Assembly (NCBI RefSeq): GCF_000143415.4
Contig: NW_003314413.1
Location: 62,001-126,000 of the forward strand
Length of the DNA stretch: 64,000 nt
Direction of reading: 5' to 3'
Source: Selaginella moellendorffii
Taxonomy: Eukaryota > Plantae > Lycopodiophyta
Shown here: piece by piece, positions 32,096 through 45,080 of the stretch
How positions within the stretch are numbered: the first letter of the stretch is position 1
How the letters are laid out: every line of letters begins with the position of its first letter
The notes under the pieces: model-generated
The model's input: the letters and a program-made list of their open reading frames with translations, nothing else
Database searches by the model: none
What the model was told of the DNA's origin: nothing
Program-made: the position numbers and the translations under genes

Positions 32096-33769
32096 ATGGT
32101 ATGGCGCTGCGTGTTCTTCCTTTTCGGTATGGTAATTCTTTGTTCTTGCTCTTCCAGGCGCAATCTCTCGCTGTGAAGCCGAAGACGGAGATTACCGAGA
32201 AGGAATCGCTTCAGCTGGTAAGCGCGCCGATCCGGAAGATCACGGCATTGCTCAGTCGTTCTTTTCCAGACCAGAAATCTCCTCCGGATCGCCGTCTTCA
32301 ACATCAGCTACATCCGGGGATTGTTTGACGAGAAGTACTTCGCCGACACTCCCATTCCAGGCATTGGTAATGCGATTGCTAACGTTCTTTGGCGGAAACT
32401 GACAGAGATTTCGAGCAGATATGAAGGTCAAGAGGCTGCTTCCCTACGACAATGAGTCCCGGAGATTGATCGACTGGATTGAAAAAGGTTTTTGTTCTTT
32501 TTTTCTTGTCGAGAGATTTTCACTTCCCTGATATTTTTTTCATATCGTTCCTCAGGAGTGTATGATGCGCTGCAAAAGAAATACCTGAGATCGATGATGT
32601 TTTCCATTTGTAGCGGAGACGATGGGCCTCTGATTGAGGAGTATGAGTGTAAGTACCAAACGTCTTTCAGCTCTTTGATTTTTTCCAATGGCAATGTAGT
32701 CTCCTTCACCTACCCGGAAAACTCATGCGAAATGACAATTGCTCGGGCTGGAGATGAGAAATCCGGCAGAAACGTCAGCTCGGGCGATAAGACGATGAAG
32801 TCAATGAAGTAAGTAGTATTCTCGTAAAACTGACATAACGAGTTTTGGCTGGGCAGAAAATCCGTTTGCAGGATCGTGAGAACTCTCATTCAGCTTATGC
32901 GCACCCTTGACAACGTTCCAACCGAGGTAGATTTTCTTTGCTTGCTTGCCTCCAGCGAAACGATGTGATTGAATTACCCCTTGATCTCAGAGAACCATCA
33001 TCATGAAGCTTCTATACTACGATCTAACGGTATGCCTTAATGTATGACGATGCTATCAACATTTTTGCAGCCGGAGGATTACGAGCCTCCGTTTTTCAGG
33101 TGCTGCACTGAAGACGACCAGATGAAATGGGTGAAAACTCCTATCAGAGTGAAAGTAGGGGATCTAAACAGCAAGCACTACGCTGTGGCTTTGAAGGTGC
33201 GTAGCATGTCTCGGTTTCCTTCTTCCTTTGACTTCTTCTTTTGCAGGTGAGAAGCACACTTGACCCTTGTGAGGACGAGAACGAGAGGAGAGACGAGAAC
33301 GAGTGTGACGACTGCGAAGGTGATCAAACCGAGAAGGAACGCGTGGAGGTGGAAGCAAAGCTGCAGCAGCTCAAATGCAGCAGCAACGCCTCCACGATCG
33401 GTCTGTTTCGTACAGTCGGCTCCGAGGTGACCAGGCACGGAGACTCGGCTTCTGGCTTTTCAAAGAGGCCGCTATCTCCAACAACATCCATTTGCCAGGT
33501 ACTCGATTGGTTAATGTTGCAAGTTTTTCTTTTTTGTTCGTTGACGGATATGCTTTTTCAGCCGGCCATGTCCAAGGAAAGCACGATCCCGGCTAGAGGA
33601 GCGGCTGCTTTGAACTGTCATAGACTGAGCCAAGACTGCATGGACATGGACCATATGAAAGCCAGCAAGGTCATTTGAAGATCCTCGTCTTTCTTGAACT
33701 CGATTTTGATTTGTTGCGCAGGTGCAAGAGCCGATCTACCAGCCGGCAAAGAAAATGCGAAGCAGCTAG
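32096..33769 (+). CDS. ASY1: Meiotic HORMA-domain axis protein (ASY1/HOP1-like), short form with C-terminal closure-like motif
   Basis: [80 protein letters not shown]; ends KASKVQEPIYQPAKKMRSS*. Confidence 0.88.
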
Positions 33770-34086
33770 ACAGGAAGGCATTCGGTTGTATATAAACTTA
33801 GTTGTCGGACACGTGGACTCGCGGTTGTGCATCAGAGTAGCCCTAATTGTTCTGTCTTTCTTTCGTTGTTTTTTTCTCCTTCCTTCTCTCTGGTAAAGGC
33901 GGCACGCTGCAAACGCAGAGGTCAGTGGTTTTTCATTCTCGAAGATGCGCAGCTGACGATTTAATCCAATGCAGGGTGCTGGGAAAAAAAAATGCGGCCA
34001 GTTTTTCGATTGACAGCGCCTTGAAACTACATGAGAGTGACGGATTTGAATGGCGTATATGCTGGAAACGCGTTCTGAGGCATGCT

Positions 34087-35479
34087 ATGGGCAAGCGTCT
34101 TTATCAACACTGGAAGGGACGAAATGTGAGCTTCCGGCTTTCGATTCATCTAGTTTTTCCTCACTCCTTGTTGTGGCAGAAGTTTCTTTTTGGCGGAAGG
34201 CTTGTGCTTGGCCCGGATGCAAAGGCTGTAGCTATTACCGTCGTTTTGATTGTTGTCCCATCCATCGTTTTCTTCTCCTGCGTTGCGAGGTACCTTTTTG
34301 ACGACTTTCCACACCGCAGTGGAGTGGCAATTCTGGTTATAGCAGTCTTATACCTTACATGTGTAAGTTTTGTCTCGCTTTTCCCATTCACTGAGACGAG
34401 GACTGATTGATCGCTTCTCCATTCCAGGTGTTGACGTTCTTACTGCTCACCTCTAGTACAGACCCGGGCATTATACCTCGTAATCGCCATCCACCCGAAG
34501 TTGAGGACAGACCTCTGGATTTTGTATCTGGACAAAGCGGGAGAGTGCGGCTCCCACGAACCAAAGATGTCGTTGTAAACGGCATTGCGGTCCGGACCAA
34601 GTACTGTGACACTTGTATGCTTTACAGGCCTCCTCGCTGCTCTCACTGCTCGGTGTGCAACAATTGCGTGGAGCGTTTTGATCACCACTGTCCATGGGTT
34701 GGACAATGCATTGGCCAAGTAAGCTCCACTTCTTCCTGTTATCACTTACAGACCAGCTTTCCACTTCTCTTGCAGAGGAACTACCGTTTCTTCTTTATGT
34801 TCGTGTCGTTGGCAACGCTCTTGTGCGTCTATGTGTTTGCGATGTGTACCGTCTACATCAAGTCCGTGATGGACGACCGCCAGTGCAGCGTGTGGACAGC
34901 CATGGCAAAGTCACCGGCGTCCATCCTCTTGATGGTCTACTCCTTCATATGCGTATGGTTTGTTGGAGGGCTTACTTTCTTCCATCTCTACCTCATCAGC
35001 ACGAACCAGGTACCTCGTCCTTCGAGCACGCTGCTAGAAACCCACTCCATCTCTTACAGATTCTTTGCGTTTCTTTCGTGCAGACCACCTACGAGAACTT
35101 CCGCTACCGCTACGAGAACAAGCTGAATCCGTACAACCTGGGCATGGCGAGCAACCTGCGCGACGTCTTCTGCGCGGCGATCCCGCCCTCCAAGAACAAC
35201 TTCCGAGCATATGTTGACGACGAGGAGGACTCCCGGGACGAGGAAGCGGGCAGCCGGCACAGCGACTCCGGAGGCACCAAGACCACCACACTCCCCAGCG
35301 AGGAGGCGCTCGAGGAGGAGGATCAAGAGCTCCACACTTGCGGGAACAGCAACGCGGACGAGATCCTGGAGGACGGAACCGAGTACGACTATGGCGGCGA
35401 GCAGTCCAGCCCCGTCAACTCCTCGTCCAGGCGCTCCAGTTGGGACCACAAGAGCGTCGGCGATCATAGCATCTGGTAG
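34087..35479 (+). CDS. DHHC-type protein S-acyltransferase (ERF2/ZDHHC9-like clade)
   Basis: YQHWKGRN|[66 protein letters not shown]. Confidence 0.95.
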
Positions 35480-35914
35480 AGCTCACTGCTCGCTCGAGAA
35501 GAGCTATATAAAGAGTTCATTTTCTTATAAGAATATTCTCTAACCGTATAGAGTGTATTCTCCCAGTTAGCCCTAAAAGTAAGTAAGAGCTCTAAGAATG
35601 CAAAATTTGCGAAATGGAAGAGCTTTGCTGATGCAGATGCTAAGCATGCGAATCACAAGATTGTTTAAGGAATCACACCTACATCCCATGAAATTTTCAA
35701 AAACTAAATTAATTAAAATGAAGAATCCTAATGATCGCACCATTGCTTACTTAAACAGATTGTAATCCATAGGAAAAAAGAAAGTAATAGAATTGATTTG
35801 GCATCTAATTAGAATATTCATTAACGGTGAGAATTTTTTTGTTCCAGACCGAGCATATTCTCCCAAACCAAGCAAAGCGCACTTACATTTCTAGGGCTCT
35901 TCGTCTCCTCCAAG

Positions 35915-37550
35915 ATGACGAGCGCGTGGGATCCGGCCTACCTGTGGAGGCAAACCAGCAAGCTGCTGCGGCGATCCGAGCCGGAGGTCCACGTCCACGA
36001 GGTAAATCACGCCGAAATTCCAGCGCCGAGCAGCGGCGGGGGAGGAATCGAGAGGATATTTCCCGCGCTGAGCTCCAGGGATGTGCTGCTCGTCACCGGC
36101 GCCGCGGCGGTCGGCGGAGCTCTCGTCGTGGCGGCCGTGTACGCCGCGCCAGGGATTCTGTCCAGGTATCAGATCGAATGCCCGGCGTGTGGATGCCACT
36201 GCTGCGTTTGCTATGTCGCCCACCAGCGCCCGGCGGAGCTCGTTGCCAAGATGATCAAGGGAATTTCATCGTCGCTGGTAAGCTCGCGAATTTCTTTTGG
36301 AGAGTCTCGTGCTCTTTCTTCGTTCTCCTTTTTCTCGTTTCTCACTACATTCTTTTTTAACCTTTGGATATTTTCTTTGGTAAGGCTGCTGGAAAAGAGA
36401 AGATCCAGAAGGCTGTAGGATTCACCTCGGCTACCAGCGACGAGCATTCTCACGCAGACAACAACAATGGAAGCTGGACGTGCATCCAAGTCTCGCGGGA
36501 CAAAAACTCTTCCACTACTGTGGATGTCGAAGAGACACAGGCGGCGGCTGTGACAGGCGACGAAGAGATCGACATTGACAACAGGCCTGGCTTGCCAGAT
36601 CCTTTCTCCGCGACGAAGCGCAAAGGGTAGGCACTTCTAAAGTCTGGCATTCTAAAACACTTCATTCTTTGTCCTTGCAGCTATCTCTCGTGGGACGATT
36701 ACTTCATGTCCATTGCGTTTCTCTCGGCTCAGAGGTCCAAAGATCCCATCCGACAAGTCGGAGCTTGTCTCGTTAGCCAAGACTACGTCATCTTGGGTAT
36801 GAAACATTTCTCTTCCAGTTTTCTCGAGTTTCTCCCGCTAATGCTGGACTCTCCAGGCATTGGCTACAACGGCTTTCCTCGAGGTTGCTCCGACGATAAG
36901 CTTCCCTGGGCCAAAGTAAGCTCCATTCCATGTATTTTACTCTCGAGATTCACTTGGACCCTCTTTGCAGAAATCACGGGATGGTGACTTGCTCAAGACC
37001 AAATACCCGTAAGTCGTTTTCTCATTTGTTTGTTCTCTCCACTCGATTTCCTTCGTCTTTCTTCGTGTTTTTCCTGCTTTGACAGCGTCGTTGTTGTTAT
37101 CTCTTTGCAGATACGTATGCCATGCGGAAGTGAACGCCATCCTGAATAGGAATCACGCCTCAGCATCCGGTCAGGTACTCGTCAAATTCATGCCACGTTG
37201 AAAGCTCTCCCTTCACCCGGATCTCCGTTTAGAGGCTCTACGTGACCATGTTCCCGTGCAACGAGTGTGCCAAAGTCATAATCCAGGTACTGAAATCTTA
37301 CTACCCTCCGATTAAACTTCTCGTTTCTCTTTTCAGGCAGGAATCGCCGAAGTGATCTTCTACACCGACAAGCAATCGCACCCCAACTTTCAATTCACAG
37401 CCTCACGCAAGCTGCTGTCCATGGCCAACGTTAAGGTAAGAAAGATCCTCCAAGTCTCTGGGAACTGGAGAAAATCACAGAAGAACTGTTGTGTCTTTGC
37501 AGCTCCGACAGCACCAGCCCAAAGCAAAGTCCATCATTCTCGAGTTCTAA
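35915..37550 (+). CDS. Deoxycytidylate (dCMP) deaminase with N-terminal hydrophobic extension
   Basis: SWDDYFMSIAFLSAQRSKDP..QVGAC, GYNGFPRG, YVCHAEVNAILN, LYVTMFPCNECAK; 5' exon structure uncertain. Confidence 0.9.
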
Positions 37551-37624
37551 GCAAGAGTGAGCTTCCGTACATATATATACACTAGACCAAGGAGATCACT
37601 CTCCGTACGTAATAGCTATTGACG

Positions 37625-38998
37625 CTAAGAAGTTTTGTCCGTGTAGACGAGGACTAAGAACTTGGTGATCTCTTGCGAGACGATCTTCCATTGCGTGTTC
37701 TTGCCGCTCTGGTTGTGATCCGGGTGGTAGAGCCGCAGCGCCTTCTTGAGCGCCGATCGTGGCGACTGGACGCTCTCGTCGACGATCCGAACGCGATCCG
37801 CGGGATCCAGCCCCGGCGGCGGATGCTCCGCGAGGAGAAACTCGAGGAACTTGGGCAGATTGTGCTTGTTCTTGGCGAAATTGGCCTCGAGGCGCATGAA
37901 AACTTTGGTCTTGAGCTCCTCGTGATCCCTGTTCTTGCTCTTCTTCCTCATTGCCAGGGCCTGGTACGCGCTCTTCATCCTCTCCACGAGCTTGGAGAAA
38001 TTCTTCCTCCTCTTGTGCTGGAGCAGTGAATCGCCGATGGCGATGGCGCTCGTGTAGGCGCTCTCGCCCTGTTCTTCCAGCCCCAGCGTGACGAGGAGCT
38101 GCCCCACGCCTCCCAGCGCGAGAACTCGCGCCTCCTCGTCGCAATCCCTCGCCAGGAGCTCCGATTCGCGGAACTGATCCAGTGCGCTCACCAGGATCTC
38201 CAGCCGCTGCTCCGGATCCCGTGATCTCCCGGCCAGCTCGCGGAAATCCTCGCCCTTCTTCCTCGCCTGGATGGATTCGCACAACCGGCACTTGAGCTCC
38301 ACGCGCCGCTGGAGCTCCCGGAGCTCGTGCCGGAAGTCGCGGAAGGCGCGGCCCTCGCATTGCGCGGCGGCGACCTCCAGCGGCGCCGCGCAATCGCTGA
38401 GGATGCCCAGCGCAGCGAGGAAGGATCTTACAGCCTCGCCCCTGTCCGCGTCCTGGATCATCTCCTCGGCCTTGCGGAGGAGAGCCTCGCAGTACGCCCT
38501 GTGAAGAACAGCGCTGGCGTGGATTGAGCCTTGGGGGTGGCGCTGGAAGATCTTGCAAGCCTTGGCGAGGCTGGATTCCGAGCCGAGAACTGGATCGCTG
38601 GCCGCGATGGCGGCAAAATCCAGCAGCGCCGCCTTGATCCCCGCGATCCAATCTTTGGACTGGATCCCCGATCCGTAGGAAATGGCGTCGAGGGAATCCC
38701 TCACGGAGCTGGATAGATGGAAGCTTGCGACGTCCTCACCGCAGCAATCGTGGCGGAGGAGCGCCACCATCGCCAGCCGCCTGTGCGCCGACGCCAGGTT
38801 CTTGTGGCACCTGGATCTCTCGGCGCGGTGCTCATCGCCATCGCCAGCGCCATGGGAAGATCGATCGAGGTGGACGAGAGCGGAGGAGTAGGCCGCCACT
38901 GCCTTGCTCAATCGATCATACCTCACCAGTGGCGAGAGATTCTCCGAGTCGCTCCAGAAATGCCTGTTGCCTCTCTCGCGCAGCGAAGAAGCCGCCAT
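37625..38998 (-). CDS. Intronless TPR-like helical protein with C-terminal J-domain-like (HPD) segment
   Basis: LRERGN..AVAAYSSAL..CHKNLASAH TPR-like start; LKKALRLYHPDHN...EITKFL C-terminus; strong GC3 codon bias. Confidence 0.7.
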   Translation of the reverse strand: MAASSLRERGNRHFWSDSENLSPLVRYDRLSKAVAAYSSALVHLDRSSHGAGDGDEHRAERSRCHKNLASAHRRLAMVALLRHDCCGEDVASFHLSSSVRDSLDAISYGSGIQSKDWIAGIKAALLDFAAIAASDPVLGSESSLAKACKIFQRHPQGSIHASAVLHRAYCEALLRKAEEMIQDADRGEAVRSFLAALGILSDCAAPLEVAAAQCEGRAFRDFRHELRELQRRVELKCRLCESIQARKKGEDFRELAGRSRDPEQRLEILVSALDQFRESELLARDCDEEARVLALGGVGQLLVTLGLEEQGESAYTSAIAIGDSLLQHKRRKNFSKLVERMKSAYQALAMRKKSKNRDHEELKTKVFMRLEANFAKNKHNLPKFLEFLLAEHPPPGLDPADRVRIVDESVQSPRSALKKALRLYHPDHNQSGKNTQWKIVSQEITKFLVLVYTDKTS

Positions 38999-39276
38999 CT
39001 CCGCGAAGAAACCTCTCTCTCTCTCTCGCCCGCGACGTAAAGTTGACCACGAATATTCCAATATTGTACGAAAATAGGGCATTTTACCAATCATATTTGT
39101 AACACTGCATTTAATTCATAAAAGTACTTTTTAACCCCTTGGAATACGCGAGATCTCGTTGAAGACCATAAATATTTTTAGCTTAAGATAAAAATAACGG
39201 TTTTACCCCTTATAATATTAAGAATATACCACCTTTAAAAGAGGATTAGGGCTTTAGAACCCTAGTTTCTTGAGCT

Positions 39277-40709
39277 ATGGCGAGAGCGTCCTATCGCTCG
39301 GTCGTGGTGGGCGCCGGTCCAGCGGGGCTGGCAGCCATCGCCAATCTCCTCGACGCGGGCATCCATCCAATCCTGTGGGTGGATCCAGCCTTCGCGGCCG
39401 GCCGCCTCGCCAGGTACCAGCGAGTTCCAAGCAACACGAAGGTCCAGCTCTTCGTGGATTTCGCCATGGCGTCGCCCACGCTTGCTCGCCTCGCTGCCAC
39501 CATGTCTCCGCCTCCTCTAGGTGAGTTTGAGAGCATGGATCCGCAAGGCACTTGCTTGCTCAAGGACACGGCTCGGATGGTTTCGCAGCTCACCCGAGGA
39601 ATCCAGCAGCACCTCGCTGACAAAGTCGATTGCTACCAAGGATGGGTGACTCGAGTTCATGGCTCATCTAAGGTTCGTCACGGTTCTCTCTCTTCCTTCG
39701 TGTTCGTGGAGTCGTGAGTGATCTTCCTTGAGAATGAATGACTTGTTATAGTTCTCGTGCAGCAGCCATCTTGGTCTGTTGCTCTCGGCGTCGAAGCTCA
39801 AGATCAAGAAGCTACTGTGGTCGACACGGACAATGTGATCTTCGCCACAGGTACGTCTCCCACTCCAGACTTGATCGTAAACAACTCTCCTTGTTTTATC
39901 AAGGTTCTCATCCGATCCCCTCGCATTCCTCCTGGGCTCCTCATCAACTCTATACCCGTCCCGAGCATGCCAAGATGATCGAGGAGCTGAGCTTGGAGAC
40001 CGCTCTCGACCCCGGCGCGCTACAATCGGCAGTAACTCCCTCCGACGTTGTAGCTGTCGTCGGTGGAAGCCACTCGGGCGTTCTCTGCCTCAGGAATCTA
40101 GCCGAGCTTCCAAACAGACCACGCAAGATCCTTCACTACTATCGGTACTCTTTTCGTTTCCCTTTTTTTTCTTTGCTCGATTGATATGAGTTCTTGGAGT
40201 TCTTGTACAGGCAAGAGCTCAAGTATGCCGTCTACATGGACGGCTGGATTCTATATGATAATACGGGACTGAAAGGTGACGCCGCCGTTTGGGCGAAGCA
40301 AGTCCTCGAGCCGGGCCTCGTTCCACGCCTCGACTCACACCACCTCAAGAGCCCCGAGAGCGAAGCCGAGATTTACAAGGCAACCATGCCTGAGGTGACC
40401 AAGATCATCTACGCGATTGGCTTCCAGAGGAACAAGCTCCCGGAGATGGTGCTGGAGGAGTTTCACGGTGGAGGCTCCAAGGATCATGGAGAGCGTGTCA
40501 AGCATTCTCCACAGAGTGGGAAGCTCGTCCTGGGCGACAAGCCCATTCCTGGGCTGTGGGGATATGGGATTGCGTTCCCGGAGGAGACTGTGGATCCTCT
40601 CGGGAACAAGGAGTGGGCCGTGGGACTGTGGAAGTTTATGCGTTACATGAAGAAGGTGATCCCTGAGAATGTAGCGCCAGAGATTATGAGTAATAGCAGC
40701 AAACTATAA
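39277..40709 (+). CDS. FAD/NAD(P)-dependent pyridine nucleotide-disulphide oxidoreductase-like flavoprotein; 4 exons
   Basis: VVVGAGPAG FAD motif, VPSNTKV, VIFATGSHP, VAVVGGSHSG, WILYDNTGLKG, GYGIAFPE..DP.GN.E.AVGLWKFM. Confidence 0.85.
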
Positions 40710-41903
40710 TAATTAATAATCGAATCAATAAAAGAATTATTGTCAATAAATCAAATATATAAGAATTATAAATTATAAAGATAAAGGCAAATAATTATAA
40801 TGTAAATTTTATATTTCATACAATTAAATTAAATATATTATTATTTGTTTTTTTGAATACACTTTCATAAAAATTTTATAAGCATATTTATTAGTAATTT
40901 CATATCAAATATAAACTAGCAAAAATGTTTAAAATTATTTCGATAAATAACAAACATAACCACAATAGGATTAAAAACCATGGCCTTTAGATCTTTTTGT
41001 TTATTCTTGGGGTTAAGATTTGTGGGTGGTGATGCGCGATGGCATCTTTTCCAGTAAAATTAATTATAAATTTAGATTTTTTCAAATTAAATATTTTTAT
41101 TTCAATTTTTTATTTCTAATATTTATTATTTGCAGGTTTTAATATGTTTTTATGGGAAAATTGTAAAATCATAAATGATCAAAAAGTTATAAAATAAGCT
41201 AGTTTTTAATTTTTTTTTCATATGACTGTTTTAAAACTTTAATTATTCAATTGGATTATTTATTTCTCTCTATCCCACTTTCAAAAGATATATAATATTG
41301 TTATTTGTTATTTAAAAAACATTTGTAATTATTAGCTATATTCATTAAAGCTTAATTGGGAAAAATTTATGCTGTATAATCACTAATAAATTACTACATC
41401 AAGTATCAATAAATTCATTAAATTAGATACTAATATCATCAAAAATAATTAAATAATTAAATATTTTTATTATAAAAATATTATAGTAATTATTTTGTTT
41501 TTTTTATATAAGAAACTTGTGAAAATTATTATTAAAATTGTGATTGACTAATTTATTATAAATTATTTTTCAATTTTTATATATTTAAAACTTTGATTAA
41601 ATAAAAATATTTAAAAGAAAAAAATTGAAAATAAATATATAACATTGAGAATAACTTTCAAATGTTAAATATAAGAAGTTTTTTATTAGATATTGTTATT
41701 TTATAATTATAACTATAAAGTCGGTAAATACTAAGAACTTTATTAGCATTTTTCATTTGAAACTCTACAATGTTACAAGATAATTTCAAAAATATAAATT
41801 TCAATATAATAAAATAACATATATTTTTCTTGTAATTTGACTTCAGGGAAATTAAATTGATAAATTTAAAATTCTGACGATGATGTTCTCGTCCATAATA
41901 AAA

Positions 41904-42006
41904 GGATAAGGTGAAAATAAAGGTGGCAAATCAGTGAGTGCCACGTCACCACAATCTGCGTGCTTTGAGCCTCAAATAGCCGCGCTCATGTGGCTCCCAC
42001 GTGGCC
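41904..42006 (+). promoter_or_regulatory. I-box plus G-box/ACGT elements upstream of HEMA (light-responsive type)
   Basis: GGATAAG at 41904-41910, GCCACGTCA at ~41940 and CCACGTGGCC at 41997-42006, 300-400 bp upstream of the HEMA ATG. Confidence 0.45.
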
Positions 42007-42314
42007 GCAAACCGGCGGAATCGGTAGCGAACACTATCTTCCGTCTCGGGCCGGCGGGAGCCGCCAGTGGTCCGGTCACCCACCACTATAGAATGGAGCT
42101 GGTAAGCAACGCTAGACTTTGAATGGGCAGTGCGTGTTCCAGCCACGCGCACCAGGTGGGCGCTTTTGACCTAGAAAGAGGGCTCAAATTGGCGATTCAT
42201 GAGAAGAAGTATCGTTTCCTTGCTCGCCAGTAGCTCGCACTCTCTCCTCAAGCCCTAGGATCGAATGCGCGCGCCAGACAGATCTGGCTAGGTCTTGGGC
42301 AATCTGGACGAGAA

Positions 42315-44086
42315 ATGGCTGCCACAGCCGCAATTGGCCTGTGCTCTTCGATTGGCTCGATAACGGAGGTTTGCAGCAGCTCCAGCAGCTCCAGAATTGT
42401 GGAGGTCGCAAGGATTGGCTGCATCCATCGAGATTTTGGTAGATTTCCCAGGAAGGCTGCGCTCGTGAGAGCTTGCTCCATTGGTGGAGGAGGAGGAGAC
42501 GCTCGTCTTCCTCCCAGTCACAGGGCCAAGGCTGCGAGTTTGGCAGCTCTAGAACAGCTCCGAAATGCCGGCGCCGACAGTAAGTTTAGCTTTCCTTTTT
42601 TTTTTTCTCGTGAGCTGATAAGATTGGATTGGATTGTGTTCTTGGCAGGATACACTAGCGAGAAGAGCAGCATTCTAGTGATAGGATTGAGCGTCCACAC
42701 AGCTTCGGTGGAGCTACGTGAAAAGTTGGCCGTGCCAGAGGCGGAATGGCCACGCGCTATCGGCGAGCTCGTCTCTCACAACCATATAGAGGAGGCGGCG
42801 GTTTTAAGTACGTGTAATCGCATGGAGATTTACGTGGTGGCTCTCTCGTGGCACCGTGGTGTCAAGGAGGTGACCGAGTGGATGTCCAAGGTGAGCTCTC
42901 AAGTTCTTGGTGCTAGAGTCTTAAACACTTCCTTTTGTATTGGTAGACTAGTGGAGTTCCTCTGGAAGAACTCCGGCAGCATTTGTTCATACTACGCGAC
43001 CGAGACGCGACGCAGCATTTGTTCAAGGTGTCGTCCGGATTGGACTCGCTGGTGCTGGGCGAGGGGCAGATTCTCGCGCAAGTCAAGCAGGTGTTCAAGG
43101 TCGGGCAGGGTGCCAACGGATTCGGCAGGAACTTGAATGGGCTCTTCAAGCAGGCGATCACGGCTGGCAAGAGAGTCCGGACGGAGACGAGCATTGCGGC
43201 CGGGGCGGTGTCGGTGAGCTCCGCGGCGGTGGAGCTAGCAGCGATGAAAGTTGCGAGCTATGGAGGGCTCTCCGCGGCTCAAGTCGTGATCGTCGGTGCC
43301 GGGAAGATGTCCAAGCTGCTCGTCAAGCACCTCATCTCCAAAGGCTGCACCAAGATGGTGGTCGTCAACAGGACGCAGCAGCGCGTGAGCGAGCTCCAGG
43401 CCGAGTTTCCAGACTCCACGCTCGAGTACCAGCCTCTGGACGAGATGATGAGATGTGCCGGGGAGGCCGACGTTGTCTTCACGAGCACAGCGTCAGACCA
43501 GCCACTCTTCTACAAAGATGACGCTGAGAAGATCCCGGCTGCTCCTTTGGGAACCAGGTTCTTCATCGATATCTCGGTCCCTCGAAACGTTGCGGCCTGT
43601 GTTGCCGAGGTCCCCTCCGTCAGGCTCTACAATGTGGACGACTTGAAAGAGGTGGTGGCCGCCAACCAGGAAGAGAGGAGGAGGAAGGCCATGGAGGCCC
43701 AGACCATCATCGAGGAGGAGCTGCGGAGCTTCGAGGCGTGGAGGGACTCGCTGGAGACGGTGCCGACGATAAAGAAGCTGCGAGCTTACGCGGAGAGGAT
43801 CCGGACGAGCGAGCTGGAGAAGTGCCTGGCGAAGATGGGAGGCGACGAGTTGTCCAAGAAGAACAGGAAGCTCATCGAGGACCTCAGCCGGGGAATCGTC
43901 AACAAGCTGCTCCACGGGCCCATGCAAAACTTGAGAAGCGATGGCAGTGACGCCAGGACGGTGAACGAGACGCTGGAAAACATGCACGCTCTAGAGAGGA
44001 TGTTTGATCTCAAAGCCGAGCTTGGTGGTCCCCTGGAGCTCAGATCCGCCAAGCAGCCCCCACCAGCAGCACCACCTTCCAGCTGA
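42315..44086 (+). CDS. HEMA: Glutamyl-tRNA reductase, chloroplastic; 3 exons
   Basis: Transit peptide; [69 protein letters not shown]. Confidence 0.98.
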
Positions 44087-44300
44087 CCACCACAGAAAAT
44101 CCGCTCGCTACGGACGATCGAACGATCTCGGAAAGGTTTGTCTCTTCTTCTTTATGTTTTTGAGAGCTGAGCTGACGGAATAACACGGCACTGATACCAG
44201 TGCCTTGGATTACTCCTGGAAATTGTAAGAAAACATTCATATGAAATCAAACGCGGCACATTGTCGGTGTCCAAATCCAATCATACATACTTCTCACGTT

Positions 44301-44398
44301 CTGGGAGACGGCCAACGCCTACTTGTTCCCAGCTCCAGAAGTTGTGAATAGGCTCTGAAGTCCACCTGGAAGTTGACCGTGCTCGTTGGCTCCAGAGT
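44301..44398. pseudogene. Scrambled BAHD 3' relic with a ~41-bp internal inversion
   Basis: 44301-44341 (+) encodes LGDG.AYLFPAPE of the BAHD genes; 44341-44398 matches the BAHD genes in their normal (-) orientation with deletions. Confidence 0.75.
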
Positions 44399-44883
44399 GT
44401 GGGTTTTTCGTCACCGATTATATTATAAGCTGTATTTTTATCTTTATTATTGGATACATAATGTGTAATTAAAGTCTGTCAAAATAGTATACGTTTAATT
44501 GATATTTATGATATATTTTATAGATCTTATTTTTCTCTGACACATCGATATACAAACTCAAAAAGAGGGGAAGTGAGCATAGCTTTTAAAACTTCTTTGA
44601 TCAATTTCTGGATTCTTAGTATCAAGAAATTTACAGAAACCTATAAATACCACAAAAGTTCTTCATGTGTCTACTGCAAAAATATTGTTGCCAGACACAC
44701 TTGACTGATAAATTGTTTTATATGGAGACTTTGAGAAATACAATTAACCATCATATTAATAAATGTCAAAGGGTATGGCTCATTGTGCATTTGTCAAGTG
44801 ATTGTAGTATTTATGCAATTAATAATAAAAAATTTTGAGGGTCATGCAGTGCCTAATTGGAAATATGAGACCACAATGCAATT

Positions 44884-45025
44884 GATGCAAATGAATTGCC
44901 AATCCTTCAACTTTTAAAGCATGAAAATATTATATTAGTTAAAAGTATCATGAGATGCAAATGAATTGTCAGTCCTTCAACTTTTAAAGCATGAAAATAT
45001 CATATTAATTAAAAGTATCATGAGA
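44884..45025. repeat. 70-bp tandem duplication
   Basis: GATGCAAATGAATTG...AAAAGTATCATGA starts at 44884 and again at 44954. Confidence 0.9.
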
Positions 45026-45080
45026 ATCAAACAGAATAATAATTTGCTATGTGTTGCATATTCAATTGATCAATTAGAAT

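Noticed and set aside
18888-35479. Functional linkage of remorin and the DHHC acyltransferase, or a metabolic cluster of IPK, METE and BAHD
   Set aside because: Separated by unrelated housekeeping genes; proximity is expected at this gene density.
37596-38651. 351-aa alternative-frame ORF within the TPR/J-like gene
   Set aside because: R/G/A/P-rich composition typical of off-frame GC-rich sequence.
40710-41880. Very AT-rich block as a MITE or Helitron
   Set aside because: No termini, hairpin/CTAG end or TSD could be identified by eye.
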